The translations under genes and the position numbers were made by a program. A stretch of 64,000 nt of DNA from Minisyncoccota bacterium (GTDB lineage Bacteria > Patescibacteriota > Microgenomatia > UBA1400 > UBA12028): positions 5,631 through 69,630 of the forward strand of contig JACRHV010000003.1 of assembly GCA_016211945.1 (NCBI GenBank), given 5' to 3'. Positions 38,553 through 48,728 of the stretch are shown one piece after another (within the stretch, counting starts at the first letter, position 1; each line of letters opens with the position of its first letter). A model generated the notes under the pieces. The model saw only the letters and a program-made list of their open reading frames with translations. It had not been told where the DNA came from and did not search any database.

Positions 38553-38669
38553 CGTGTCGGTATTGTACCAGACACATCCATCACGGGCAAGAAACAGAAC
38601 ACTCTCATCATAGCGCGAGATTCTTACAATAACCTTACAAAAGGTTAACTGCTTTTTCTTGAGGAAATC

Positions 38670-39770
38670 TTATGAACCAATGGCAAATTCTACGACATCA
38701 CCATCGCGCATCACATAGTCGCGACCTTCTTGTCGCATCTTTCCAGTTTCGCGCACACCTTTCCATCCACCGCAGGAAACAAAATCGTCAAAGTTAGCGA
38801 TATTTGCCTTGATAAACTTTTTCATAAAATCTGTGTGAATCTCTCCAGAAGCCTCTACTGCCGTTGCGCCGATTTTTGTTGTCCAGGCACGAACTTCTTT
38901 TTCTCCTGCAGTTAAAAATGATTGTAGACCAAGTGTGACGTATGCAGCACGGATGAGACGTTCCAATCCACTTTCTTTCAATCCTAATTCCTCGAGAAAT
39001 GCTACCTGATCTTCTTCCGATAACGTCGCTATTTCGCTCTCGATTTGGGCTGAAATAACAACACATTGCGTTGCTGGAACATGCAAAGACGCTGCGTATT
39101 CTTTTTGAAGGTCGTGTTCTCGCTTTACATCATCTTCACTGACGTTGAACACAAAAAGGACTGGTTTTATTGTCAAAAGACCGAGTTCTTTGCCAATCTG
39201 TTTTTCTTCATCGGTTTGTACAGCACCCCTGGCCGAAATTCCTGTATTTAATGCTTCTGACAATTTTTTAGTAACTTGCCATCTTTGTTGTATCGCTTTA
39301 TCTGCGACTCCTTTTGGCTCTTTTTGCTTTTCCAATGTAGCTAAATCGGCCAACTGCAACTCAGTTTCAATCGTTTGAAGATCACTTTTTGGATCTACAG
39401 CACCAGCACGAATAATATTGCCGTCTTCAAATGCTCTCAATACGTGAACAATAAGTGAAACTTCACGGATATGCGAGAGAAATTTGTTGCCAAGTCCCTC
39501 CCCCTTTGAGGCACCGGCGACAAGGCCGGCGATATCAACAAACTCTACCGTTGCGGAAACAAGGGGTGGTTGAACTCCAGATTCTTTTTGGATCACATCT
39601 GCGAGTTGATTTAGCCGTTTGTCCGGTACCGGCACAATTCCAATATTTGGCTCAATCGTGGCAAATGGATAGTTCGCCGCAAGTGCCGCCTGCTTTTTTA
39701 GGAGCGCGTTAAAAAGAGTGGACTTCCCAACATTTGGGAGACCGACAATTCCAGCAGAGAGTTGTGACAT
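38670..39770 (-). CDS. ychF: ribosome-binding ATPase YchF
   Basis: [33 protein letters not shown]. Confidence 0.97.
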   Translation of the reverse strand: MSQLSAGIVGLPNVGKSTLFNALLKKQAALAANYPFATIEPNIGIVPVPDKRLNQLADVIQKESGVQPPLVSATVEFVDIAGLVAGASKGEGLGNKFLSHIREVSLIVHVLRAFEDGNIIRAGAVDPKSDLQTIETELQLADLATLEKQKEPKGVADKAIQQRWQVTKKLSEALNTGISARGAVQTDEEKQIGKELGLLTIKPVLFVFNVSEDDVKREHDLQKEYAASLHVPATQCVVISAQIESEIATLSEEDQVAFLEELGLKESGLERLIRAAYVTLGLQSFLTAGEKEVRAWTTKIGATAVEASGEIHTDFMKKFIKANIANFDDFVSCGGWKGVRETGKMRQEGRDYVMRDGDVVEFAIGS

Positions 39771-39821
39771 ATAGGCCTCATTTTAACATCCAGAAGAAAA
39801 ATGTGTGGTATAAATAACAGT

Positions 39822-40427
39822 ATGTTGAAATTATTAAACGAGACGGTGAGTACACTTTTAAGATTAAGCAGTCTAAAAAAAGAGAAAGCCTCTGATGGTA
39901 ACCCCAATTTAGAGATTGCCAAAAAATCTTCGGCGTATCAAAGATTAAAAGAAAAATTCGGGCAAGTAGAACAGATTTCCATCAGAAAAGATCTTACTAT
40001 TGGTGATCTTTATGATATCCTCGCGTTGTACAGAATAGCACAGGGTATTTCTCTTCAGTCGAACCCACCCAATGAGTTATATGAAAAATTAATCTCAGCT
40101 AAACTCATACCTTCCATGGAAAAAGAAAATCTTAATAGATTTTCGCACCAGTTTCCCTCAGACGAAGAACGTATGCTACCATTTTTTTCCACCATCATTG
40201 ACATACAGCAAGTGTCAGAAGCTCTTGCTCAACTCTTTGGTACAGAAGGGATTGAACTATCCCATTTGCCCGGAGGGATCACTATAAATCCTTCTCAAAA
40301 AGCTAATGATGTACAAACATTTCAAGTTTCCGTTTTGGAACGACAACAGAATTATCCTGATCAAATAAAAACATGTGCTGATCTTCGTACTATTTTTGCT
40401 GAACTGGGATTGCCTGTCAACCAATAG
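39822..40427 (+). CDS. hypothetical protein
   Basis: About 200 aa AT-rich ORF; TGGTATAAA upstream. Confidence 0.6.
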   Translation: MLKLLNETVSTLLRLSSLKKEKASDGNPNLEIAKKSSAYQRLKEKFGQVEQISIRKDLTIGDLYDILALYRIAQGISLQSNPPNELYEKLISAKLIPSMEKENLNRFSHQFPSDEERMLPFFSTIIDIQQVSEALAQLFGTEGIELSHLPGGITINPSQKANDVQTFQVSVLERQQNYPDQIKTCADLRTIFAELGLPVNQ

Positions 40428-40442
40428 ATTTCTAAACGCTTA

Positions 40443-41252
40443 CTACTTCCTATCATCATCAAAAAACTCATAGTATGTTAATACACCGATCGCTCCAAAG
40501 ATCATCCAGAAAAATAACTCCTCAAATGGGAATCGCAAAGAAAAAATCTCTACCCAACCGATAAAGTGTGTACCGGGAAACCACCATTGATTCAATTGTA
40601 GTGCGGTGATTTCATAGACAAGTGACAACATAAAAAAGTATGCAGAAACCTTGAGGAACTTTGCAAGAAGAGATGTGAATTTCGCCAAAAATAACAAGGC
40701 AGGAAGAACAAAAAGCAATGTTCCCAACCAGAGATATGCGTACTCAACTTTTAGGAGGTCTGGGTACTTCAGATAGAGCATGAAAAATACTCCCAGGAAA
40801 CACGTCGCTCCTCCGCCTAACCATCGGAACCATTGATTGTGTTTTTGGATATTTCCTCGATCTGCCATGTGCTCGTAGTACATGACGACAAAATACACAT
40901 AGCTAAAACTCCATACAAACTGTTCAATCGGAGTTGTTCCTAATGCGATGAGACGGGGAAAGGTTGACTGAATAGCCCAAGCCCCATCTACAACAGCCAA
41001 ATAATCAATGATAAATGTAAATGGGACTGCAAGGACTGTGGTAAATATCATCGATTTCTTCACATGAATTGGATTGCGAAATGACAAATAGACGGCGGGG
41101 ACACAGAAGAACATGAGCATAGAAAAAAGAAAGTTCGCACGGAATATCAATGAGAGTACAGCAGCAAGAAACGGAAAAAGGATGAGCACTACAATATCCA
41201 CTCTGTGGAGATTTTTGTAATTGGTGAATTTTTTCAATTGTTTATGTCTCAT
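40443..41252 (-). CDS. membrane protein with two lycopene-cyclase-like repeats
   Basis: D..A...GAW...PIEQF and E..A....WW...PFEELFF. Confidence 0.6.
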   Translation of the reverse strand: MRHKQLKKFTNYKNLHRVDIVVLILFPFLAAVLSLIFRANFLFSMLMFFCVPAVYLSFRNPIHVKKSMIFTTVLAVPFTFIIDYLAVVDGAWAIQSTFPRLIALGTTPIEQFVWSFSYVYFVVMYYEHMADRGNIQKHNQWFRWLGGGATCFLGVFFMLYLKYPDLLKVEYAYLWLGTLLFVLPALLFLAKFTSLLAKFLKVSAYFFMLSLVYEITALQLNQWWFPGTHFIGWVEIFSLRFPFEELFFWMIFGAIGVLTYYEFFDDDRK

Positions 41253-41279
41253 CGTACATATAATGTAACAAAAAATGTA

Positions 41280-42641
41280 CTACACAACACCTTCGCGTAT
41301 GACCGATAAGACCTCATCCCTTTTTTGCTCCATCTGTTCGAGTGTTGACGCCTCAAGATTAAGACGGACAAGTGGTTCTGTGTTGGATGCTCGCACGTTG
41401 AAGTGCCAGTCACCCATCTCCATTGTTATGCCGTCAATCTCGATAACCCGTTGTGCTTGAGGACTATAAATTGCTCGGATTTTTTCAAATACTTTTTGCG
41501 CATCTGCACCTTTTGTATTGATTTCGCCAGAGATAAAGTATTTCTTTTCTAGCGCAGATAATATCTCGTCTAAACGTTTTGATGAACTTGATAAATAATC
41601 CATCATATAGAGCATAGGGGCTATTCCTGAATCACAATAGTAAAATGATTCGAAATAATAATGCCCTGTTACCTCGCCTCCAAACACCGCTTTTTCATCA
41701 CTCATGCGTTTTTTTATGTAGGCATGGCCAACACGATTGTATAATGGCTTCCCACCAGCCTGTGTGATGAGGTCTGGGACGGCGTGAGAGGCTCGGATGT
41801 CGTATACGATAGGACTGCTCGGCTTTTTCTTGAGGAAATACTCAGAGAGAATTGCTGTGAGAAAATCGCCCGAGACAAATCGACCAGTTTTGTCTATACA
41901 GAAGAACCGATCTCCATCCGGATCAAACATAAATCCCAAATCAGCTTCTTCTGCTACTACGCGTTTAATAATCTCTGTGCGATTCTCTTCTTGAAGCGGG
42001 TCTCCACCGTGATTGGGAAAATTTCCGTCTGGATCAAAATACATCGGGACTAGTGCAACTTGTGGGATTTTTTTGAATAACTCGATTAAGGTTGGTCCCA
42101 CCATGCCATTTGCGGTATCACAAATAATTTTCATTGGTTTAAGTGATGATGTGTCAACGAGACTCATCATGTATTGAATAAACTCGGACAGCGTATCCCA
42201 TTTCTCTATGATTCCCTGTGTTAAAGATACTGTCGGAAATGCATCTGATTCGACGATCTCTCGAATATCTTGAATGCCTTCTTCGCCAGAAAGAAGGTAT
42301 GGAATACTGCGCACCATCTTAAATCCGTTATATTCCTTTGGATTATGGCTCGCAGTGACCATGATGCCGGGAAGGTTTTTTGTGACACATGCAAAATAGT
42401 ACATGTCTGTTGAAACCATGCCCACATCAACAACATGCACTCCAACACTCGTGAGACCTCGTATGAGCGACGCGTGAAGACTTGGGCTTGAAATTCTTGC
42501 ATCTCTTCCAACAATAACCGAGGTTGGCTGGAGGACTTTTGCAAATGCTTTTCCAACCGCCTCCCCCGTCTCATCAAACAGTTGTTTTCCGTATACTCCA
42601 CGGATATCGTAGGACTTGAAGATGGTTGGATCAACTTGCAT
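41280..42641 (-). CDS. phosphomannomutase/phosphoglucomutase
   Basis: YDIRG, TASHNP, FDPDGDR, GEVTGH, RASNTEP. Confidence 0.95.
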   Translation of the reverse strand: MQVDPTIFKSYDIRGVYGKQLFDETGEAVGKAFAKVLQPTSVIVGRDARISSPSLHASLIRGLTSVGVHVVDVGMVSTDMYYFACVTKNLPGIMVTASHNPKEYNGFKMVRSIPYLLSGEEGIQDIREIVESDAFPTVSLTQGIIEKWDTLSEFIQYMMSLVDTSSLKPMKIICDTANGMVGPTLIELFKKIPQVALVPMYFDPDGNFPNHGGDPLQEENRTEIIKRVVAEEADLGFMFDPDGDRFFCIDKTGRFVSGDFLTAILSEYFLKKKPSSPIVYDIRASHAVPDLITQAGGKPLYNRVGHAYIKKRMSDEKAVFGGEVTGHYYFESFYYCDSGIAPMLYMMDYLSSSSKRLDEILSALEKKYFISGEINTKGADAQKVFEKIRAIYSPQAQRVIEIDGITMEMGDWHFNVRASNTEPLVRLNLEASTLEQMEQKRDEVLSVIREGVV

Positions 42642-42692
42642 ATCCCTCCTTTTATTAAGAGATATTGATCGTACAATGCTGTGAGAAAGGGG

Positions 42693-44120
42693 TCAAGTTT
42701 TTTTCTTTACGATATATCCAGCTTCGTTGTCTGTTACAACCCAACCATTGTCTTCGATTTTTTTTCGCAACAGATCTGCGATTGTAAAATCTTTTGTTTG
42801 TTTTGCTTGCCACCGTTGTGTCGCCAATTTTGCAATATCCTGTGGCACAGGAACTTTTTTTTCGTTGCCATTGCTTTGAGATACGGCCCCCGCAATTCCC
42901 AGACCCAATACCTCATCAAACTCACAGAGAAGGTCGTATTTATCTTTCGATGGAATATTACTTTTCGTCATTTCCCACAGAACTGCAACCGCCTCCGGCG
43001 TGTGGAGGTCATGTTCTATTGCAGTGAAAAATCGGGATCGATATTCCTCGATTTTTTCCAGTTTCTCCCCTGAAAGCTCCGTTCTTCCCTCCTCTTTCTT
43101 CCATCCGCTCGCCATCTGGACCAATCGATCCCCTGCTGTTTGAGACGCCGCCAACGTATCCCAAGTAAAATTGAGTTCATCACGATAATGTGCGCTCAAG
43201 TACAGTAATCGTAAAGCCATTGGTGAAAACCCCTTCTGTATGACATCGTCAATCGTGTAAAAGTTATTGAGCGATTTGCTCATTTTTTCACCATCAACTC
43301 GAAGAAAATTGTGGTGTACCCAGTATTTCACAAACGGCTTTTTTCCCGTGGCCGCCTCGCTTTGCGCGATTTCATTGGTGTGGTGAACCGGAATATGGTC
43401 AATGCCTCCCGTGTGCACATCAAATTGATCTCCAAGATACTTCATGCTCATTGCAGAACACTCGATGTGCCATCCGGGAAATCCTTTTCCCCAAGGCGAA
43501 TCCCATTCCATTTGTCTTTTTTCATTTTTTGATGAAAATTTCCATAACGCAAAATCTGTTGGGTGTTTTTTGCCATGGACCATCTCTACACGTGCTCCTG
43601 CTTTGAGTTTTTCAATATCCAGTTTCGCCAGCTGTCCGTACTCCGGAAATTTTGACGTGTCAAAGTAGAGACCATCATCAAGAATGTAAGTAAATCCACG
43701 CTTCTCTAATGTTTGAATAAGCATGATTTGTTCTGCAATGTGATCTGTCGCGCGACATGAAATGTCCGGTCTACTCACACCGACTGCATCAAGTCCTTTC
43801 CAAAAAAATGATTCAAACTCTTTCGCTATATCCCATACAGACTTTCCGTATTTCCGCGCCCCTTTCTCCATCTTGTCTTCGCCTTCGTCGGCATCGGAAA
43901 CGAGGTGGCCAACATCGGTGATATTCATGACATGTGTCACGGTCAATCCCGAATGTCTCAGAACACGGATGAGGACATCGTCCATGATGTATTTGCGTAG
44001 GTGACCAAGGTGAGCGTAATCGTAAACCGTGGGACCGCATGCGTACAAACCAATGTTGTTTCCAGCATGAAGTGGGACAACTTCCTCAACTGACCGCGTA
44101 AATGTGTTGTAGATTTTCAT
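42693..44120 (-). CDS. cysS: cysteine--tRNA ligase
   Basis: CGPTVY, HLGH, PGWHIECSAM, KMSKS. Confidence 0.98.
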   Translation of the reverse strand: MKIYNTFTRSVEEVVPLHAGNNIGLYACGPTVYDYAHLGHLRKYIMDDVLIRVLRHSGLTVTHVMNITDVGHLVSDADEGEDKMEKGARKYGKSVWDIAKEFESFFWKGLDAVGVSRPDISCRATDHIAEQIMLIQTLEKRGFTYILDDGLYFDTSKFPEYGQLAKLDIEKLKAGARVEMVHGKKHPTDFALWKFSSKNEKRQMEWDSPWGKGFPGWHIECSAMSMKYLGDQFDVHTGGIDHIPVHHTNEIAQSEAATGKKPFVKYWVHHNFLRVDGEKMSKSLNNFYTIDDVIQKGFSPMALRLLYLSAHYRDELNFTWDTLAASQTAGDRLVQMASGWKKEEGRTELSGEKLEKIEEYRSRFFTAIEHDLHTPEAVAVLWEMTKSNIPSKDKYDLLCEFDEVLGLGIAGAVSQSNGNEKKVPVPQDIAKLATQRWQAKQTKDFTIADLLRKKIEDNGWVVTDNEAGYIVKKKT

Positions 44121-44144
44121 ATCACTGACGTGTAGTGTATCAGA

Positions 44145-44639
44145 TTACCCCGCGCCAACCGAGGCTGCTTTTTCTGCATTCGCCGCGTCTTTTGCCATCT
44201 GCACCTGGAGGTTTTCTCTTTTTTGTTTTTCCAGTTGTTTGATCTCGAATTTCTTTTGCTCCTCGTGCTGCTGTTTTTCAACTTCTTTCTGCTGGCGTTC
44301 TTGCGCCATGTTTTGATCGTAATGCGCTTGTTGATTCGCCATAAATTCTTGATGTGCACGAATTTTTTGTTGGCGAGTTACTTCGTCTTCCTGCATCCTT
44401 TGCTGAAGCATGGCTTGTTGTGCGGGATCGGCATTTCCAGACTCTTGTTTTTCAAGTTGATCCGGCGGTTTTTCCTGAGAAGAACTTCCGGGACCTCCGC
44501 CAGATGGTTTCCCTCCCAAAATTTCTTCAAGAATATCCAAAGGAGTTTTTGCAACAGCCTTCGCGGTATCAGAAACAACGCCCCCAACGGCATCACCAAC
44601 ATCTGAAGCTATTTGTTTAACATCATCACCAAGACCCAT
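44145..44639 (-). CDS. Gln/Glu/Lys-rich coiled-coil hypothetical protein
   Basis: 164 aa; TGATATGCT 6 nt upstream of ATG. Confidence 0.75.
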   Translation of the reverse strand: MGLGDDVKQIASDVGDAVGGVVSDTAKAVAKTPLDILEEILGGKPSGGGPGSSSQEKPPDQLEKQESGNADPAQQAMLQQRMQEDEVTRQQKIRAHQEFMANQQAHYDQNMAQERQQKEVEKQQHEEQKKFEIKQLEKQKRENLQVQMAKDAANAEKAASVGAG

Positions 44640-44700
44640 AAATCAAGCATATCAGAAAACCAAAAGGAAGTCCCGATCTTTCTATTCGCCCTCTGGAAAA

Positions 44701-45012
44701 TTATTTTCTCTTCTTCCTCTCCGCCTTTTCTCTCCCAAGTTTCTCCTCAATTTTTCTATAGACTCGAAAAAATACCTGAAATAAATTGTCACCCACTTCC
44801 TTGAAGGCATAACGTGCTCCTTTCAACTGTGCTACAACCTCTATCTGTGCCTCACTTGAGTTCCTGCCACCACGTTTCACCCGATCAATAACGACCTGGA
44901 GTTGCTCTACTCCGAGTGAAGAAAATTTTTGCAAGCCCATCAGTTTTTTCTCAATAAATTGCCGTACTTTGTCTGTAATTGCGGCTGTTTTTGATGAAAA
45001 CATGATGCGCAT
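44701..45012 (-). CDS. ribosome hibernation factor, HPF/RaiA family, short
   Basis: IT..VRQFIEKKL..L.KF and C-terminal helix pattern; AGGAGG RBS. Confidence 0.75.
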   Translation of the reverse strand: MRIMFSSKTAAITDKVRQFIEKKLMGLQKFSSLGVEQLQVVIDRVKRGGRNSSEAQIEVVAQLKGARYAFKEVGDNLFQVFFRVYRKIEEKLGREKAERKKRK

Positions 45013-45030
45013 ATCTCCTCCTTTGGGTAT

Positions 45031-45065
45031 AAAAAAAGCCGTCCTGGTTATGCAGGATTCGGCTT
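45031..45065 (-). terminator. intrinsic terminator upstream of hpf
   Basis: AAGCCGAATCCTG-CATAAC-CAGGACGGC-T7 on minus strand. Confidence 0.75.
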
Positions 45066-45137
45066 ACACATGAACAAACGCGGTTTTCGTTTGCACACAG
45101 TCACAGTATAACGCGCTACGATAAAAATCCAATGGGA

Positions 45138-45159
45138 AGTTCCGACCTAGGTCCGACCT
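45138..45159. repeat. tandem 11-bp palindromic unit, copy 2
   Basis: AGTTCCGACCT-AGGTCCGACCT. Confidence 0.75.
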
Positions 45160-45180
45160 CTCTTCGTCCTACACCCCATC

Positions 45181-45777
45181 CTACATCTTTCGTCTACCCT
45201 CCATTGCCCGCGCAATAGTGATTCCATCGGCATACTCAATATCAGCACCTATTGGTAAACCATGTCCTATACGTGTGATTGCTACGTCTGGATGACCTTC
45301 AGCAAGTAACTGCTGTATGTACATTGCTGTAGCCTCTCCTTCCATGGTTGGGTTCGTTGCAAGAATAACCTCATCAATGTTGTGAACTCGCTTTACAATA
45401 TCGTGGAGAAAAAGTTGATCCGGTCCAATATTGTTGAGCGGAGAGATTGCCCCGTGTAACACGTGATAGAGGCCGTCATATTTTCCGGATCGTTCAATCG
45501 CCAAAACATCCAGGGGCTGTTCAACGATACAAAGCAAAGATTTATCTCGAGTTGAATCGGAGCAGATCTCGCATGGATCTTCCTCACCAACATTATGACA
45601 TCGCGAACACACTTTTGTGTTTTTCTTCATCGCAACAAGAGAGTCAGCAAATTTTTGGATTTCTGATTCAGGGACATGGAGGAGATAAAACGTAAGACGC
45701 TGTGCTGATTTTGGCCCTACTCCCGGTAAACGTTCAAATTGAGTAATTAATTGTTGGATAGATCGAGGCAACTTCAT
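45181..45777 (-). CDS. recR: recombination mediator RecR
   Basis: LPGVGPKSA, C4 Zn finger, YHVLHG, EGEATA. Confidence 0.98.
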   Translation of the reverse strand: MKLPRSIQQLITQFERLPGVGPKSAQRLTFYLLHVPESEIQKFADSLVAMKKNTKVCSRCHNVGEEDPCEICSDSTRDKSLLCIVEQPLDVLAIERSGKYDGLYHVLHGAISPLNNIGPDQLFLHDIVKRVHNIDEVILATNPTMEGEATAMYIQQLLAEGHPDVAITRIGHGLPIGADIEYADGITIARAMEGRRKM

Positions 45778-45826
45778 ATCAAGGAGTATACACGACTTCC
45801 CATCTCTGTGTTACAGAAATACCGTA

Positions 45827-46048
45827 TTACAGAATTTCTACCACTTTCTGCTTATTTTTTTCACCACGAATAACAAATACTCGTGACTTAGGGACGTGAA
45901 AATATTCTGCAATCATCGCGATTACTTCCGTGTTTGCTTTCCCCTCACTTGCGGCAGAGAGAGTCCAAATATGAAAAACATTATTCCTCTGTTGAATTTC
46001 TTTCTTCTGTGCACCAGCACGCACATGGACGACATACTGCATATTCAT
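45827..46048 (-). CDS. DUF167/YggU family protein
   Basis: EGKAN, A.YF.VPKS.V.VIRG...K.K. Confidence 0.85.
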   Translation of the reverse strand: MNMQYVVHVRAGAQKKEIQQRNNVFHIWTLSAASEGKANTEVIAMIAEYFHVPKSRVFVIRGEKNKQKVVEIL

Positions 46049-46088
46049 GAACACCGCCAGCATCTGTACAAACGTTTTGCGAAAAAGG

Positions 46089-46379
46089 TTATTGTTGTCC
46101 GCCGCCGCCAAATAATCCACCGAGGCCACCACTCATGGACTGGAGTTTCTTTGCGGCCAATTCTTGTGACTTCTTAATTGCTTCATTCAAGGCAGAGACC
46201 GCCTCATCACTCGTGATTCCCTGAACACTGAAATGTTTTATCTTTTGTGATCCCGTTATAACTACGCGAACATCACCATGTTCAACAACAATCTCCTCCG
46301 CTTCCAACTGCTGTTGCATCTGAATAGCTTGCTGTCGAAGTTTATTTAAATCACCAATTTTTCCGAAAAGATTGGACAT
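46089..46379 (-). CDS. YbaB/EbfC nucleoid-associated protein
   Basis: QA.QMQQQL, V.V..TG, A.NEA; dnaX-ybaB-recR synteny. Confidence 0.9.
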   Translation of the reverse strand: MSNLFGKIGDLNKLRQQAIQMQQQLEAEEIVVEHGDVRVVITGSQKIKHFSVQGITSDEAVSALNEAIKKSQELAAKKLQSMSGGLGGLFGGGGQQ

Positions 46380-46431
46380 GTTGCTCCTTTTAGTTCAATA
46401 CTTGCGTTGAGTATAGCATAATGTGCAAAAA

Positions 46432-47961
46432 TTATGACAGCAAGGCTTCGGACGCAGATTGTATGAGATCTTCATCTTTTGCCTTCTGCGTTTTTGGTTT
46501 GTTTTCTTTTTTCCCAAGCACATACGAAACTCGAAGAACTGGAAGACTGAATGCCTGTTTTATAACGTCCTCTATCACCCTGCGATGTTTCTCGAGTTCA
46601 AGTTGTTCTTTGTGAAAGGAATAGAACACCTCAATTGTTACTACCTTCCCTTGAATGTTTTGTGGCCGTGTCGCGCGAAGTAATGCCTCCACCGTTGCAT
46701 TTGTCGATTTGATCTTAGCCAAGATATCTTGCCACCGTATGAGTATTTCTTCGCCGGTTATGACAAGTCCATCAGTTTGCTCTGTCTCATGATGATCATC
46801 CTGCACCAACGAGACCCTTGTGTCAGATTGTGTGCTTTTTGTTTGCTCTTCTGTGACGTGCGTCTGGGAGTTTTTTTGAGGAGTTCGTTCTGATTCAGGT
46901 TTGCGTTCTACCTGTTGTATTTCACCAAAACACCATGAAAAACACGCCAGTTCAAAAGGGAGTGAGGGGAACGGTTGAAGAGGATCGAGTGGAACCGCTA
47001 GATGTGAGAGGAGAGATTGGATCTGTGCAGCTTTTCCCTTCTGCGTTTCTTGCACAATTTCGGCGACAAGACTCTCATGCAACATCTGGAGTGTCATTTT
47101 TTGTGCGTACGTAGGATCAATGTTTTTTTCTTCGATATGTTGAAAAATATGTGCAACACGTTCTGCATCGCGAGAAAAAAGCGCATCACACAACGCACGA
47201 AGTTCAACCTTCACGCCATCATCTGAAAATGATGCAGCATCTTCATTTGTAATCGATGTTTTTCCTTGAGCGAGATGCTCGAACATTTTCACCGCATCTC
47301 GAAACGATCCATCTGCTTTTTGTGCGATTTTAGTAAGTAAGGAAGAATTGATGGTGATAGTTTCTTTTTTCGCAATTGCCTGGAGCGCATGCTCGATATC
47401 TTCAAGTGAAGCCTTCTTGAATTGAATCACGATACATCGGGAAATAATGGTTTCTGGTACCTTATGAAACTCCGTTGTGGCAAGGATAAAAATGACATGC
47501 TTCGGCGGCTCCTCAAGCACTTTGAGTAGCGCATTGAAGGCTTCCGTGGTCAACATGTGAACCTCATCGATGATGTAGACATTTACCAGTCCGTCTGACG
47601 GTGCAAGATTTATCCGCTCACGAAGCATGCGGATATCGTCAATTCCACGATTACTCGCAGCATCCATCTCAACAACGCACATACTTGAACCGCGCGTTAT
47701 ACGTTCACATGAAGGACATGCACCGCATGGCTCGACAAATGGTTTTTTTGATGATGACTTGATGTGATCTGCATTTTTTTCACAGTTCACCATCTTTGCA
47801 ATGATACGAGCACTACTCGTTTTTCCGGTACCCTTGGGACCGGTGAGCAAATATGCGTGGCTATATGTTCCACCTTGACGTATCCGATCTAATGCCTCCC
47901 TCACAGAGGGAAGATGAAGCTCATGAATTGTTTGTGGACGATAGACGCGGTACCAAGACAT
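46432..47961 (-). CDS. dnaX: DNA polymerase III subunit gamma/tau
   Basis: YRP, GPKGTGKTS, DAASNRG, IIDEVHML, AFNALLK.LEEPP, SRC. Confidence 0.97.
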   Translation of the reverse strand: MSWYRVYRPQTIHELHLPSVREALDRIRQGGTYSHAYLLTGPKGTGKTSSARIIAKMVNCEKNADHIKSSSKKPFVEPCGACPSCERITRGSSMCVVEMDAASNRGIDDIRMLRERINLAPSDGLVNVYIIDEVHMLTTEAFNALLKVLEEPPKHVIFILATTEFHKVPETIISRCIVIQFKKASLEDIEHALQAIAKKETITINSSLLTKIAQKADGSFRDAVKMFEHLAQGKTSITNEDAASFSDDGVKVELRALCDALFSRDAERVAHIFQHIEEKNIDPTYAQKMTLQMLHESLVAEIVQETQKGKAAQIQSLLSHLAVPLDPLQPFPSLPFELACFSWCFGEIQQVERKPESERTPQKNSQTHVTEEQTKSTQSDTRVSLVQDDHHETEQTDGLVITGEEILIRWQDILAKIKSTNATVEALLRATRPQNIQGKVVTIEVFYSFHKEQLELEKHRRVIEDVIKQAFSLPVLRVSYVLGKKENKPKTQKAKDEDLIQSASEALLS

Positions 47962-47983
47962 TATGAGGCAATGATATCATGAA

Positions 47984-48388
47984 CTACTCATGGTGAAATC
48001 CAAGAAGATGAAGCAGTCCGTGTTCGACAAGAAAGCAGATCTGATCATCAACCATACGACCGAGTTTTCTTGCTTCGTTTACCGCCTCAGGAAAACAGAC
48101 AACAACATCCCCCAGTTGTCTTGGTATTTCAGGTTGCCCTTTCGGCGCATCAAGAAAATCTTTATCTGGCTGTTCAGGATCCATTTGAGGAAAAGAGAGT
48201 ACATCTGTCACTCCTTGGTGCTTCATGAGATTCTCATTTAACTCGATCATTTTCCGTGATCCCACAAGCGACACGGAAACCTCTGCATCTTCTACTCCTT
48301 TTTCGGATAGGACGCGTAAAACACAGGCTCGCACCATTGTGCGGTTTACCGGATATCTCGATCCAACGGAAATGAAAATAGTAACCAT
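47984..48388 (-). CDS. ybeY: rRNA maturation RNase YbeY
   Basis: TDVLSF, LGD, HGLLHLLGFHH. Confidence 0.95.
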   Translation of the reverse strand: MVTIFISVGSRYPVNRTMVRACVLRVLSEKGVEDAEVSVSLVGSRKMIELNENLMKHQGVTDVLSFPQMDPEQPDKDFLDAPKGQPEIPRQLGDVVVCFPEAVNEARKLGRMVDDQICFLVEHGLLHLLGFHHE

Positions 48389-48394
48389 GTGAGA

Positions 48395-48631
48395 CTACTT
48401 TTTCTTCGATTTTTTAAATGATTTCTTTGATGATTTTTGACGTTCCATACGTTCACGGTATTTGCGTCGCTCGATTTCTTTATTGTGATCTTTGCGAAGT
48501 AATGCCGGTTTTTTATAGAACTCTTTTTCCTTCACCAATGTCAAAATATTATCGATCATCATGCGTTTTTTAAAGCGCTTAATGACACTGTCTGTTGATT
48601 CATCTCGTTTTGCACGTACGATAGATGGCAT
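48395..48631 (-). CDS. rpsU: 30S ribosomal protein S21
   Basis: ES.DS.IKRFKK, EFYKKP. Confidence 0.9.
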   Translation of the reverse strand: MPSIVRAKRDESTDSVIKRFKKRMMIDNILTLVKEKEFYKKPALLRKDHNKEIERRKYRERMERQKSSKKSFKKSKKK

Positions 48632-48728
48632 GAATACTCACCCCCTCTCACAAAAACAGATTACTCTGTGTATCTCTTCAAAAGAATATTGGTGTATTGT
48701 ACATCGAGGAGTGCCAGAGGGCAATGCG

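Noticed and set aside
38621-38650. CTTACAA-N4-CTTACAA direct repeat (OmpR/PhoB-like spacing) between ychF and rpsF
   Set aside because: Single short occurrence; cannot be distinguished from chance.
45013-45180. raiA-motif RNA, or c-di-GMP/ZTP riboswitch, upstream of hpf
   Set aside because: Too short for the raiA motif, and the conserved cores of these RNAs were not recognisable.
46870-46877. In-phase A_AAA_AAC slippery site in the dnaX linker (possible gamma frameshift)
   Set aside because: No upstream SD-like stimulator and only a weak downstream hairpin; A-runs are common here.
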